A DNA stretch of 64,000 nucleotides, taken from positions 1 to 64,000 of the forward strand of contig CAVSBT010000019.1 in the NCBI GenBank assembly GCA_963726245.1, given 5' to 3'. This document shows positions 29,273 to 41,565 of the stretch, one piece after another. This stretch comes from an uncultured Chloroflexia bacterium (GTDB taxonomy: Bacteria > Chloroflexota > Dehalococcoidia > DSTF01 > JALHUB01). The notes below the pieces were generated by a model. It saw only the letters and a list, made by a program, of their open reading frames with translations, was not told the DNA's origin and ran no database searches. Position 1 is the first letter of the stretch. The number at the start of each line of letters is the position of its first letter. The translations under genes and the position numbers were made by a program.

Positions 29273-31122
29273 GTGTGCGGTATCATGGGCTATGTGGGCC
29301 AGAGGCCGGCGGCAGCGCTCCTCCTGGAGGGCCTCGGCCGCCTCGAGTACCGGGGCTACGATAGCGCCGGCATCGCCGTCCTCGACGACACGGGCGACCT
29401 CCACGTAACCAAGCGGGTCGGCAAGCTCGGCGAGCTGGTTCTCTCGCTGGAGGGGCAAGCCCCGTCCGGCAGCCTGGGCATCGGGCACACCCGCTGGGCC
29501 ACCCACGGCCGTCCCAGCCAGGACAATGCCCATCCGCATCAGGACTGCTCCGGCGACATCGTCGTCATCCACAACGGCATCGTCGAGAACTACCTGACGC
29601 TCAAGCGCGACCTCCAAGGGTCGGGGCACCGCTTCCCCTCAGAGACGGACACAGAGGTCATCCCCCACCTGATCGAGAGCCACCTGGCGGAAGGCGGAGA
29701 CTTGATGGCGGCCGTCTGCCGCACCATCGCTCAGATTGAGGGCGCCCACGCCATCGTCGTCTATGAGCCGCCGCGAGCCGGGAACCCTGGTGGCGGCGCG
29801 AGTCGGCAACGCCGGCGGCGTGACGGTAGGCTACGGCCAGGACGAGATGTTTCTGGCCAGCGACCTGCCGGCTCTCCTGCCTCACACCCGCCGCGTTGTC
29901 TTCCTGGCCGACGGAGAGGTGGCGCTTCTCCGCCGCTCCGGCGCTCACTACTGCTCGGCTGCGGGCGACGTGCTTGCCCCGGAGCCGCAGACGCTCCCCT
30001 ATGATCCGGTGACCGCCGCCAAGGGCGTCTACAAGCACTTCATGCTCAAGGAGATCATGGAGCAGCCGGAGGCCATCCTGGACACCATCCGCGGCCGCGC
30101 CCAGTTCGAGCCGCCGGCCGTCGAACTTGAAGACGTGCCCTTCTCGGACCAGGCGAATCCGCTCACTGAAGCGAGCCGTCCTCGTCGGGATGGGGACCAG
30201 CCTCCACGCCGGCATGGTCGGTCGCCACTACTTCGAGCACATCGCGGGTCTCCCCGCCGAGGTGGACAACTCCTCTGAGTTCCGCTACCGGGACCCCCTC
30301 GTCGGGCCCGACACCCTGGTGGTGTCCGTAGGCCAGTCGGGGGAGACGGTGGACACGCTGGCGGCCATGTCGGAAGCCCAGAGCAAGAGAGCCCGCCAGA
30401 TAACCATCTGCAACGTGGTGGGGAGCCAGGCCACCCGCGTCGCCGACGGGGTTGTCCTCACGCGCTGCGGCCTGGAGATCGCCGTCGCCAGCACCAAGAC
30501 CTTCACCTCGGCCATCGCCGCGCTCTACCTGCTGGCCTGCTACCTGGGTCAGCGACGCGGCCATCTTGACGAACTGCAGTTGGCGGGGCTGCTTGACCCC
30601 TTGGCGCGGATGCCCTCACTTGGTGGGTGAAGTCCTCAAGCAGGATGCGGAGGTCGAACGGCTGGCCCACCTCTTCTTCCGGCAGCAGAACTTCCTCTTC
30701 CTGGCCCGGGGCACTCAGTACCCCATCGCCATGGAGGGGGCTCTCAAGCTCAAGGAGGTCAGCTACATCCACGCCGAGGGCTACCCGGCCGGCGAGATGA
30801 AGCACGGGCCCATCGCCCTCATCGACCAGGAGCATGCCGGTGGTGGCCATCGCGGTGCGCGACGGCCTGTACGACAAGATGCTCTCCAACGTCGAGCAGG
30901 TGAAGGCGCGGGATGGCGCGGTGATCGCCCTGGCCACGCGAGGGGGACACGGAGATAGCGGCCAAGGCGGACCATGTCATCTACCTGCCTCAGACGTCGC
31001 CGCTTCTGATGCCCATTCTGGCAGCGGTGCCCCTCCAGCTCCTGGCCTACCACATCGCGCTGCGACGGGGCTGCGACGTGGATCAGCCCCGCAACCTGGC
31101 GAAGACCGTGACAGTGGAGTAA
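29273..31122 (+). CDS. glmS: Glutamine-fructose-6-phosphate transaminase (about 5 indels)
   Basis: [79 protein letters not shown]. Confidence 0.95.
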
Positions 31123-31307
31123 TGGCGAGTTCGTGAGGGAGGAAGCCGGGGAGATTGTATCCACAAATAAAAGAGTAGGGGTTGTCCCTATACCGAGGCT
31201 GCTGTACCGTCCGTCATATATAATGCAGAGTCCTCTGGTTAGCCTCGAGCGAACGGCGGTTTCGGCCGTATCGTCGAGGCCGTAAGGACACGTGGAGGTC
31301 CACTTCG

Positions 31308-33586
31308 ATGACAAACAATGGCAAGGCTATCGTCTGGTTCCAGGAGGTCGGCAAGGATGACGGAGCCCAGGTAGGAGGCAAAGGGGCGAACCTGGGTGAG
31401 ATGACGCAGGCCAAGGTTCCCGTGCCGCCTGGCTTCATAGTCACGTCCCAGACCTACTTCCGTTTCTTGGAGACTTCCGGCCTGCGGCCCAGGATCGAGA
31501 AGATGCTGGCCGGCCTGGACTCCCACGACAACGATGCGCTCCAGAAGGCCTCCCAGGACATCAAGCAGGCCATCATCGACGCGCAGTGCCGGAGGATGTG
31601 GCCCGCCGAGATCAGGGACGCCTACCGCAAGCTGGGCGGCGCCGTGGCCGTGCGCAGCTCTGCCACAGCCGAGGACCTGCCCAGCGCCTCCTTCGCCGGC
31701 CAGCAGAGCACGTTCCTCAACGTATCGGGCGAGGACGAACGTGGTGGCGGCGGTCAAAGCGTGCTGGGCCTCGTTGTTCGAGGCCCGAGCCATCTTCTAC
31801 CGCGTCGAGAACGGCTTCGAGCACATGAAGGTGGGCATCGCCGTGCCCGTCCAGCGCATGATCCAGTCGGAGCGCTCCGGCGTCATGTTCACCGTCGAGC
31901 CTGTCACCAGCGACGACACCAAGATCGTCATTGAGGCCGTCTGCGGGCTGGGCGAGGCTATAGTCTCAGGGCAGGTGACGCCCGACCTGTACATGGTCGA
32001 CAAGAAGAGCCTCCAGATTCTGGAGCGACGCATCGCCACCCAGGAGCAGCAGTTTATTCGCGGGCAAGGGAGACGAGGAGCTGGGCAACAACGTCTGGGT
32101 GGAGGTTCCAGCGGCCCTCCGCGGCAGCCAGAAGCTCACCGACGATGAGGTCGTGAAGCTGGCGGAGATCGCCCGCCGCCTGGAGCAGCACTACGGCGTA
32201 CCCCAGGACATCGAGTGGGCCAGAGAAGATGCCCACTTCTACATCGTCCAGACGCGTCCCGTCACCACCATGCGCAAGGCGGAGGAGTGGGAAGCCGTGG
32301 ATGAGCCGGCGCCCGTCCTCCTCGAAGGGCTCTCCGGCCAGCCCCGGCGTCGCCGCCGGTCCGGTCAAGATCGTCATGGACCCCTCAGAGATAGGGAAGG
32401 TGGAGAAGGGCGACATCCTGGTGGCCGAGATGACGACGCCTGACTACGTGCCGGCCATGAAGCGGGCGGCGGCCATCATCACCGACCGCGGCGGGCGCAC
32501 CGCCCACGCCGCCATCGTCAGCCGCGAGCTGGGCATCCCCTGTGTTGTCGGCACTGGCAGCGCCACCAAGACTCTGCGCGATGGAGCAGACCGTGACCGT
32601 GGACGGCTACTGGGGCCGGGTCTACGACGGCCGCGCCGAGGCCAGCCTGGCCTGGGCCACCCAGGAGAAGGAACGCTATGCGGCGGGCGCCCGCCTCAAG
32701 ACCAGGACCAGGGTTTACGTGAACCTGGCCGAGCCCGAGCTGGCCGACGTCATCGCTGCCCGCAGCGTGGACGGCGTTGGTCTCCTCCGGGCCGAGTTCA
32801 TCGTCGCCCAGATCGGCGAGCACCCCCGCCTGGCTATCGACGAAGGCCGCTCGGAGGAGTACATCGAGAAGCTGGCCGACGGCATGCGCAAGTTCGCCAA
32901 AGCTTTCGACCCGAGGCCCGTCGTCTACCGCATGACCGACTTCAAGACCAACGAGTACGCCAACCTCCGCGGCGGCGAGCGCTACGAGCTGCCCGAAGAG
33001 AACCCCATGATCGGTTACCGCGGCGCCTCCCGCTACGTGAGCGACGCGGATGTCTTCAAGCTGGAGATTGACGCCATCAAGCGCGTGCGTGCCGAGTACA
33101 AGAACCTCTGGGTGATGATCCCCTTCGTGCGCACCCCGGCGGAGCTGGCCGGCGTCCGCGACCTCATGGCCCAGAACGGCCTCGTCCGGTCCGAGGACTT
33201 CAAGCTCTGGATGATGGCGGAGGTGCCCTCCAACGTCTTCATCCTCGACCGGTTCATCGACGAGGGCATCGACGGCATCTCCATCGGCTCCAACGACCTA
33301 ACGCAGCTCATCCTGGGCATCGACCGCGACAGCGAGCGGCTTGCCAAGCTGTTCGACGAGCGGAATGAGGCAGTGATGATAGGCCTGGAGACGCTGATCA
33401 CCACCGCCCGGCGCCGGGGCATCACCTCCTCCATCTGCGGCCAGGCGCCGTCCGACTACCCGGAGCTTGCTCAGAAGCTGGTGGAGTGGGGCATCACGTC
33501 CCTGTCTCGTGAACCCGGACGTCATCGACAAGACGCGGCAGATCATCCACGCCGCCGAGGAGAAGCTGGCGGTAGCGGTGACCTAG
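31308..33586 (+). CDS. ppsA: Phosphoenolpyruvate synthase (about 6 indels)
   Basis: [79 protein letters not shown]. Confidence 0.95.
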
Positions 33587-33620
33587 GGCGCGTCCACACA
33601 AGGGTCTCTGTAAACACCAG

Positions 33621-33652
33621 GGGACGCCCGCCTCAGCAGGCGGGCGTCTCTC
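33621..33652 (+). terminator. Hairpin downstream of ppsA
   Basis: gacgcccgcct-cagc-aggcgggcgtc 11-bp stem. Confidence 0.6.
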
Positions 33653-33655
33653 TGA

Positions 33656-33940
33656 GTGGACGGCGACATTCACACCAGCAGTGTCGAGGGGTTCTGGTCC
33701 TTGGCGAAGAGGGGAATTGGCGGCGTCCATCACGCCGTCAGTGAGGAATACCTACAGACCTACCTAAACGTGTACGCATTCCGCTATAATAGGCGCGCTT
33801 TGAAGACGCCAATGTTCAAGGCTGTTCTGGATCGCGCTTCGGCTCCTGCCGATGGATTTCTTGCGCACGAGGCGTCCAAAGTCCTGCTTAGTGAAAGGAC
33901 GCGACTTCGCCGCCTTCTTCTGAGGACGCTTGACAGATGA
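33656..33940 (+). pseudogene. 3' remnant of an IS1595-family (ISXO2-like DDE) transposase
   Basis: DGDIHTSSVEGFWSLAKRGIGGVHHAVS..YLQTYL..YAFRYNRR is a decayed version of the HTNxIEgfWsllKR...YLxEyxFRyNrR signature. Confidence 0.85.
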
Positions 33941-34014
33941 CTTCATCGGTCATTCCGGCTGGTGCGCCACCACCAAGCCGTCAACCTACCCTAGTCTAGC
34001 TCGGGGAGGCTGAC

Positions 34015-34838
34015 ATGGCTATGTTGCGCGTCGTAATAAGAGGGGAGCTCGGCCAGATTTCTGCCGAATCCTTCGCGTCCATCATCCAGCATTCTCTTGC
34101 GGTTCTCCATGACTTGGACCGGCATATCTCCGAACGGCAGGGGGGAACTCTTCGCTGGGTAGTGGAAGACATTGGGAGAGGCTCGATCCCCATACTACTT
34201 AGAGCCAAGGTGGTCCACGGCGACAAGGACTATTCCCCCGATGTGCACCATCGCTTCACGGACGGCATCCAAGTAATCCGGCGCGAAGAAGGAACACCGC
34301 CGTACTTCACCTATGACAATGTGAAAGCAGTCCGCGATATTGTCCGTCAGTTTGGCAGAGACGGCGTTACCAGCGTCATCTACGATGAAACCGACAGCCT
34401 ACACGATGAACTTGGAGCCGGTGAAGAACAGGCCGAACTGACCCATGAGATTGAAGCAGAACTCAACAGGTTGACGGGCGTACATTACCATGCACTCGGC
34501 GCGATTGAGGGACGCGTAGAACTGGTTTCTGTGCAGCGGCGCTGGCGGCGCTTCAGCATCACCCTGCCACGCACGAAGCGGGCCGTGCGGTGCAGTCTCC
34601 CATATGATCTCGAACGGGATGTCTTCGAGGCGATCAAGAGAGACGCCGCGTGGTTGCTAGTGGGCTTATTGCGTACAACATCCGAGATGAACCAATGAAG
34701 TTGGACGTGCGGGGTAACCTCAGGTTCTTGGGAGAGCCAGAGGACTTGCCAACGATAACTGAACTGGCTGGAAGCGACCGCGAACTCACGGGCGGCATGG
34801 ATACAGAGGATTTCATCAGGAGTCTGAGGGATGGCTAA
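34015..34838 (+). CDS. Hypothetical protein (~275 aa, indel near 34640), putative antitoxin partner of the PIN gene
   Basis: ggagg RBS; C-terminus DLPTITELAG...TGGMDTEDFIRSLRDG resembles VapB-type tails; overlaps the PIN start. Confidence 0.6.
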
Positions 34839-35376
34839 ACTGCCCGGTCAGCCTGAGATGGGACTTGCGACCCTCCCGCCCCTTGAGCGACCTTACTTGG
34901 ACTCCTCAGTCTTCGTAGCTCACATCAAAAAGGAGCAGATTCCTTGTAGGGGGAGGACGAGGCTTGATATCACGACCGACCTGCTGCAGGGCGCGAAGGA
35001 CGGGAAGTACAAGATATATACTTCGTTTCTCACCCTGGCTGAGGTTCGTCGGCTAAAGGAGGCGAACAAGGAACTCACGCGGGACGAACTTCCTGAGGTA
35101 AAGGCACTGTTTAGCCGGTTCCTAGAGCACGAGTGGATTCTGCCGATCGAAGTAAACCGGGAGATCGGAGAGAAGGCACGGGAATTGGGTGCTACCTTTG
35201 GCATGAGCCCGACCGACGCCATTCACCTTGCCTCGGCGATCTATGCAGGCTGCAAAGTCCTCATGGTGTGGGATAAGGGTCGCTTCTCCAACCTCTTCAA
35301 GGATGGCCCTTACGAGGGGGTTCACGTCATGGAACCCTACTGGGAAGGTGCCAGCCCACTTGTCCTGACGGGATAA
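34831..35376 (+). CDS. PIN-domain (VapC-like) ribonuclease
   Basis: YLDSSVFV, TSFLTLAEV, PTDAIHLASA, VWD acidic tetrad. Confidence 0.88.
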   Translation: MAKLPGQPEMGLATLPPLERPYLDSSVFVAHIKKEQIPCRGRTRLDITTDLLQGAKDGKYKIYTSFLTLAEVRRLKEANKELTRDELPEVKALFSRFLEHEWILPIEVNREIGEKARELGATFGMSPTDAIHLASAIYAGCKVLMVWDKGRFSNLFKDGPYEGVHVMEPYWEGASPLVLTG

Positions 35377-35399
35377 TTGCCTGTCAAGTACATAATTCC

Positions 35400-35427
35400 C
35401 GACCCTTCGCTTCGCTCAAGGGTGACA
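35400..35427. repeat. Half copy of the cttcgcttcgctcagggtgaca palindromic repeat
   Basis: Matches the right arm of the doublet at 47193-47254. Confidence 0.7.
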
Positions 35428-35504
35428 AATACGTAAGGTCTATCCACAGACCGTAGAGTCTGGCCCCCTTCTCGCGGCGCGCGGGCTCCGGTACAATGCG
35501 GCCG

Positions 35505-36551
35505 ATGCAGCCCCACGAGTCGGTCAGGGCCCGCCTGGAGGAGGCGGAGCGACGCCTCTCGCCTTTCGCCGCCCGCAGCTTCGAGAGCCGCGGCCGCGAG
35601 CGGCCGGAGGAACCGTCGCCCGTCCGCACGGCGTTCCAGCGCGACCGCGACCGCATCATCCACAGCAAGGCGTTCCGTCGGCTCAAGCACAAGACGCAGG
35701 TCTTCATCGCCCCCGCCGGCGACCACTTCGTCACGCGTCTCACGCACACCCTGGAGGTGGCGCAGGTCGCCCGCACCATCGCCCGCGCCCTCAACCTGAA
35801 CGAGGATCTGACGGAGGCCATCGCCCTGGGGCACGACCTCGGCCACACGCCCTTCGGCCATACCGGCGAGGACGCGCTCGCCGAGCTGCTGCCCGGCGGC
35901 TTCCACCACAACGAGCAGAGCCTGCGGGTGGTCACCCACCTGGAGAAGAGCGGCCAGGGGCTCAACCTCACCTGGGAGGTCCGCGACGGCATCCTCAAGC
36001 ACTCCAAGCCCAGGGAGGACATCCTGGCCGAGGGAGGCGGCCTGCCCGAGACCCTGGAAGGGCAGGTGGTTCGCCTGGCCGACTCCATCGCCTACCTGAA
36101 CCACGACATCGCCGACGCCATCCGGGCCGGCCTCCTGCGCGAGGAGGACCTGCCACGCTCCGTCCGCGAGACGCTGGGCGGCGGCCACTCTCAGCGCATC
36201 GACAGCCTGGTGTGCGACATCATCGACTACTCGTGGGCGGTCTCGGGCCTCGCCGGCGGCGATGCGCGACCCCAAGTCGGCATGAGCGGCGAGATGGCGG
36301 CCGCCGCCAACGAGCTGCGCGACTTCATGTTCGAGAACGTCTACCTTTGGGAGGGCAAACGCCCCGAGGCTACCCTGGCTCGCCGCGTCGTATTCTTCCT
36401 CTTCGACTACTACCTGGCGCAGCCTGACGAGATCGACTCCGATTTCGTTCGTCCGGAAGACACGCCGGAGCGACGGGCCGCGGACTACATCGCCGGCATG
36501 ACGGACCTTTTCGCCAAGGGGACGGCCGTCGAACTGGGATTCCGCTCCTAA
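35505..36551 (+). CDS. dgt: Deoxyguanosinetriphosphate triphosphohydrolase (HD domain)
   Basis: FQRDRDRIIHSKAFRRLKHKTQV, TRLTHTLEV, GHDLGHTPFGH, DYIAGMTD. Confidence 0.95.
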   Translation: MQPHESVRARLEEAERRLSPFAARSFESRGRERPEEPSPVRTAFQRDRDRIIHSKAFRRLKHKTQVFIAPAGDHFVTRLTHTLEVAQVARTIARALNLNEDLTEAIALGHDLGHTPFGHTGEDALAELLPGGFHHNEQSLRVVTHLEKSGQGLNLTWEVRDGILKHSKPREDILAEGGGLPETLEGQVVRLADSIAYLNHDIADAIRAGLLREEDLPRSVRETLGGGHSQRIDSLVCDIIDYSWAVSGLAGGDARPQVGMSGEMAAAANELRDFMFENVYLWEGKRPEATLARRVVFFLFDYYLAQPDEIDSDFVRPEDTPERRAADYIAGMTDLFAKGTAVELGFRS

Positions 36552-36662
36552 GCAGCCGGCAGACGGCCCGTCGAGATGCTGTGCGGGCCGCCGCTCTCTG
36601 CTACAATGCCGTCGTGAGTACCGGTTGCTCGTCCGCCTGCCGCGCCAGGGTCTGAGAGTCCC

Positions 36663-37652
36663 ATGCCCAGCCTTCTGCGCAATCCTCTCGTCCTTGGGGG
36701 CCTGGCCGTCGTGCTGGCCGCTGCCGCCGCCGTGGTGGTCGTCGTTGTCTTGAGCGACGACAAGACGGAGACGGTCGTCGTCGTCACGCCTTCGCCGCAG
36801 ACGTCGACGCCACGCGGCACGCGCACACCGACGTCTGTGGCGCTGGAAGGGACAACGGGGCGCGCCCTCTCCATACTCACCGTGCGTGCGGGCCCCGGAA
36901 CGGGCTACATCAGCCTGGGCATAGCGCCCCGCGACTCAGAATTGGACGTAGTGGGCAAGAATGGGGAGGGGAGCTGGCTGGAGATATCCTATCCGCCGGG
37001 GTCCCAACTCATGGGATGGGTGTCGGCTGACGGCGTCGAATTGAAAGAGAGCTTGGCGGGCCTGCCCGTGGCCACACCGGAGTCGCTGGTGCTGCCTGTT
37101 GTGCCCACGTATGCGCCGGGAGCTTTTGTCGAAGAGGACTCGGGTACGCCGGAGGCCGGGCCGCTGCCTGACCTCACGGTCAGTAACGCCTCCCTCCTAG
37201 ATGGCGACCTGGTGGTCACGATCACCAACCTGGGCGCAGCCGACGCCGCCGCACCTATCGACGTTGCCATCTACAACGGCGACGGGTCTATACTCCTCCG
37301 GCTGGCCGGCATCGGCGAGCCCCTGCCCGCCGGCTCCAGCGTCAACCTCGACACCCGCTACCAGCCCGGTGGAGGCCAGCAGCGGCTTCTGATTCGTGTC
37401 GACTCAAGCGACCGCGTGAAGGAGGCCGACGAGGACAACAATGAGGTTCTCTTCGGCGTCTCCGGCCTTCCGGCGTCGCCATCGCCGACGGTGCCCCGGC
37501 GCTCGCCTACCCCTACTGCAACGGCGCGGTTCGGGCCCCCACCGTTTACCGCAACACCGGCGATACCTGCCCGCACACCAACGAAGACCCCTACCAGGCC
37601 CGTTCCCACGTCTACCCCAACGGCCCAGAGCACGCAAGCGGGTGGAGGTTAG
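36663..37652 (+). CDS. Membrane-anchored SH3b plus CARDB-domain protein with Pro/Thr-rich linkers
   Basis: N-terminal TM helix; LTVRAGPGTGY...GKN..WLEI...GWVS (SH3b); PDLTV...VTITNLG...VD....EADEDNN (CARDB). Confidence 0.8.
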   Translation: MPSLLRNPLVLGGLAVVLAAAAAVVVVVVLSDDKTETVVVVTPSPQTSTPRGTRTPTSVALEGTTGRALSILTVRAGPGTGYISLGIAPRDSELDVVGKNGEGSWLEISYPPGSQLMGWVSADGVELKESLAGLPVATPESLVLPVVPTYAPGAFVEEDSGTPEAGPLPDLTVSNASLLDGDLVVTITNLGAADAAAPIDVAIYNGDGSILLRLAGIGEPLPAGSSVNLDTRYQPGGGQQRLLIRVDSSDRVKEADEDNNEVLFGVSGLPASPSPTVPRRSPTPTATARFGPPPFTATPAIPARTPTKTPTRPVPTSTPTAQSTQAGGG

Positions 37653-37752
37653 AAGAAGAACCTGCCTGCCCCTCGACGAGGCAGGCCCGCCTGCCGGCGG
37701 ATCAGTTCTCAAGCGGGGTACGGATCGCGTTTGCAGGGATAGGCAACCCTCC

Positions 37753-39699
37753 ATGAGCACCGTCGACGAAGTCAAGCAGCGCCTGGACATAGTGGACCTG
37801 GTGAGCCAGCACGTCGCCCTCCAGAAGTCAGGGCGCAACTTCCGCGCCCTCTGTCCCTTCCACAGCGAGCGCTCGCCCTCCTTCTACGTCTTTCCGGACC
37901 GTCAGACGTGGCACTGTTTCGGCGCCTGCGCCACCGGCGGCGACGTCATCAGCTTCGTGATGAAGAAAGATGGGCTGGAGTTTCGAGCCGCCCTGGAGCT
38001 CCTGGCGCAGCGCGCCGGCGTCACCCTCCGCACTCCTTCGGCCGAGCAGGAGGACCCCCGTCGCGAGGCCATGCGCCGCGCCAACGAGGCGGCGGCGCAC
38101 TTCTTCCACCACTGCCTCCTCAACAGCCCGCAGGCATCCTCCGCTCTCGAGTACGTGCAGGGCCGCGGCCTCAACCAGGAGACCATCGCTTCCTTCCAGA
38201 TAGGCTATGCCCTCGACTCCTGGGACGAGCTGAAGCGACATCTCGTGGGCGACGGCTTCGAGGAGGGGGACCTGCTGGCGGCGGGCCTCCTGGTGGAAGG
38301 CGAACGCGGCCCCTATGACCGCTTCCGAGGGCGGCTCGTGTTCCCCATCCGGGACGAGCGCGGCCGGGTGGCGGGCTTCGGCGCGCGGGCCCTGGACGAC
38401 AGCGTTCCCAAGTACCTGAACACGCCGCAGAGTCCGATATTTGACAAGGGAGGGATTTTGTATGCCCTGGACAGGGCCAAGGAGCACATCCGGAGTGGGG
38501 GTCAGGCCATAATCGTGGAAGGCTACATGGACGCCATCGCCGCCCACCAGCACGAGCTGGGCAACGTGGTGGCTTCCATGGGTACCGCCATCACAGAGAG
38601 GCAGGCGGGCCTCCTCAAGCGCTACACGAGGAACCTGATCCTGGCCCTGGACGCGGACCTGGCAGGTAGTGAGGCCACTCTTCGCGGCATACAGGTGGCC
38701 GCCGACACCGCCGACAGGACGGTCGTCGCCATGCCCACCTGGCGCGGGCTCATCCGCCAGCAGGAGGCCCTCGCCGCCGAGATACGTGTCCTCACCCTTC
38801 CCGCCGGCATGGACCCGGACGAGGTCATCCGCCGTGACCCCGACGAATGGCGGCGGCTCGTCGAGACTGCGAAGCCCGTGGCCGACCACCTCTTCGAGGC
38901 GCTGGCCACCCGCCTCAAGGGCGTGTCCAGCCCCCTCGAACGCTCGAAGGCGGCCATGGAGCTGGTGCCCGTGCTGGAGGGGCTCGCGGACCCGGTGGCC
39001 CAAGCCACCTACGTGCAGCGACTGGCGCGCGTCCTGGAACTGGACCATGCCGGCGAGGAGACGGTGCTCCGCGCCCTCCGTCGGCGGGGACGCCGTGCGC
39101 CGGCGGCCGCCGAAGACTCCGACAGCCCGCCGGCGCTGCGGCCGGCGGCTCGCGAGCCTGGCGAGGAGTACCTGCTGGCGCTCCTCCTGCGCTACCCGGT
39201 CCTGAGGGGACAGGGACAAGCTCTGGCGGCGGACGTCTTCTCGCTTAGCGAGAACCGTCAGCTCTTCGAGGCCTGGCGCACCGCTGCCGCACAGACAAGG
39301 GAAGACGTGACAGAGGAGGTCCGGCGTCTCCTCCCAGATGAGCTACATGCGCATCTAGAGAACGTGCTGGCGCGCGACATGCCGCCCTTTCAAGTCGGGC
39401 AGGCGGAGAAGGCGCTGGAAGATTGTATCTGGCGTATAGAACAGCGTAAACTAAAACTAGAGAAGCTGGCTAGCAGTCTGGCCCTGGCGGATTCTGAGCA
39501 GGAGATTGGTCCGGCCCGACTGGCTGAGCTCGCCAGGTCCATCCAGGAAGGCACGCTCCCACCCGGTCAGGAGGCCAATCACACCCTGGAGGCCGCCACC
39601 GCCCTCGTCGAGGACACAGAGGCTGGCATCAGGGTTCATCGTCGTTCTCTGGAGAAGGACCACCAGGGAACAAAGGAGCAGCCAGCTCAGGAGGGGTGA
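37753..39699 (+). CDS. dnaG: DNA primase
   Basis: CPFHSERSPSF..WHCFGAC zinc finger, DRFRGR, KYLNTP, VEGYMD, LALDADLAG, DPD. Confidence 0.97.
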   Translation: MSTVDEVKQRLDIVDLVSQHVALQKSGRNFRALCPFHSERSPSFYVFPDRQTWHCFGACATGGDVISFVMKKDGLEFRAALELLAQRAGVTLRTPSAEQEDPRREAMRRANEAAAHFFHHCLLNSPQASSALEYVQGRGLNQETIASFQIGYALDSWDELKRHLVGDGFEEGDLLAAGLLVEGERGPYDRFRGRLVFPIRDERGRVAGFGARALDDSVPKYLNTPQSPIFDKGGILYALDRAKEHIRSGGQAIIVEGYMDAIAAHQHELGNVVASMGTAITERQAGLLKRYTRNLILALDADLAGSEATLRGIQVAADTADRTVVAMPTWRGLIRQQEALAAEIRVLTLPAGMDPDEVIRRDPDEWRRLVETAKPVADHLFEALATRLKGVSSPLERSKAAMELVPVLEGLADPVAQATYVQRLARVLELDHAGEETVLRALRRRGRRAPAAAEDSDSPPALRPAAREPGEEYLLALLLRYPVLRGQGQALAADVFSLSENRQLFEAWRTAAAQTREDVTEEVRRLLPDELHAHLENVLARDMPPFQVGQAEKALEDCIWRIEQRKLKLEKLASSLALADSEQEIGPARLAELARSIQEGTLPPGQEANHTLEAATALVEDTEAGIRVHRRSLEKDHQGTKEQPAQEG

Positions 39700-39707
39700 C
39701 AGGGAGG

Positions 39708-41289
<1,582 letters not shown>

Positions 41290-41312
41290 CCGCCCCCACG
41301 ACCCGGCAAATC

Positions 41313-41399
41313 CAGAAGGCCAGGCTTTAGCCTGGCTGTACAGGGCTCGTCCTTCGACCCTTCGGCTACGCTCAGGGCAGGCAGGCTCAGGACGAGCGG
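41313..41399. repeat. Cluster of REP-like palindromes, one nested inside another
   Basis: gaaggccaggctttagcctggc, then gctcgtccttcgac[ccttcggctacgctcagggcaggc]aggctcaggacgagcgg. Confidence 0.7.
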
Positions 41400-41565
41400 A
41401 ACTTGTCCGCTTGTGGTGCGGCCTAGGACAGGCCCTGAAGCTCTGTCCCCGCGGTTGCCGAGTCCCTCGCGGTTGACACCTAGCGTCCCACGGTTACGAT
41501 CAAGCTCAGGACGCGGCCGCAGCCTTGCGTGCGGCGATCCAACCGTAACAGGCGGGGAGACCTCG

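Larger units (their letters stand above)
33656..35399 (+). mobile_element. Truncated IS1595-family element with passenger genes
   Basis: Transposase tail, two lower-GC genes, then gtcaagtacataattcc (35383-35399; reverse complement GGAATTATGTACTTGAC), resembling IS1595 ggnnatTAT-type terminal repeats. Confidence 0.65.

Noticed and set aside
29200-29273. glmS ribozyme or purine riboswitch upstream of glmS or guaA
   Set aside because: glmS directly abuts the DinB gene, and the guaA leader lacks the purine riboswitch consensus
31154-31166. DnaA-box-like 9-mers (gtatccaca here, ctatccaca near 35440)
   Set aside because: Isolated one-mismatch hits with no cluster or AT-rich unwinding element
29273-33586. 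Multiple frameshifts in glmS and ppsA (also guaA, dapF, dapL, plsC, rpoD, nfo) as pseudogenisation or programmed frameshifting
   Set aside because: Single-base indels hit essential genes whose motifs and codon bias are intact, with no in-frame stops or slippery-site pattern; best explained by long-read consensus errors
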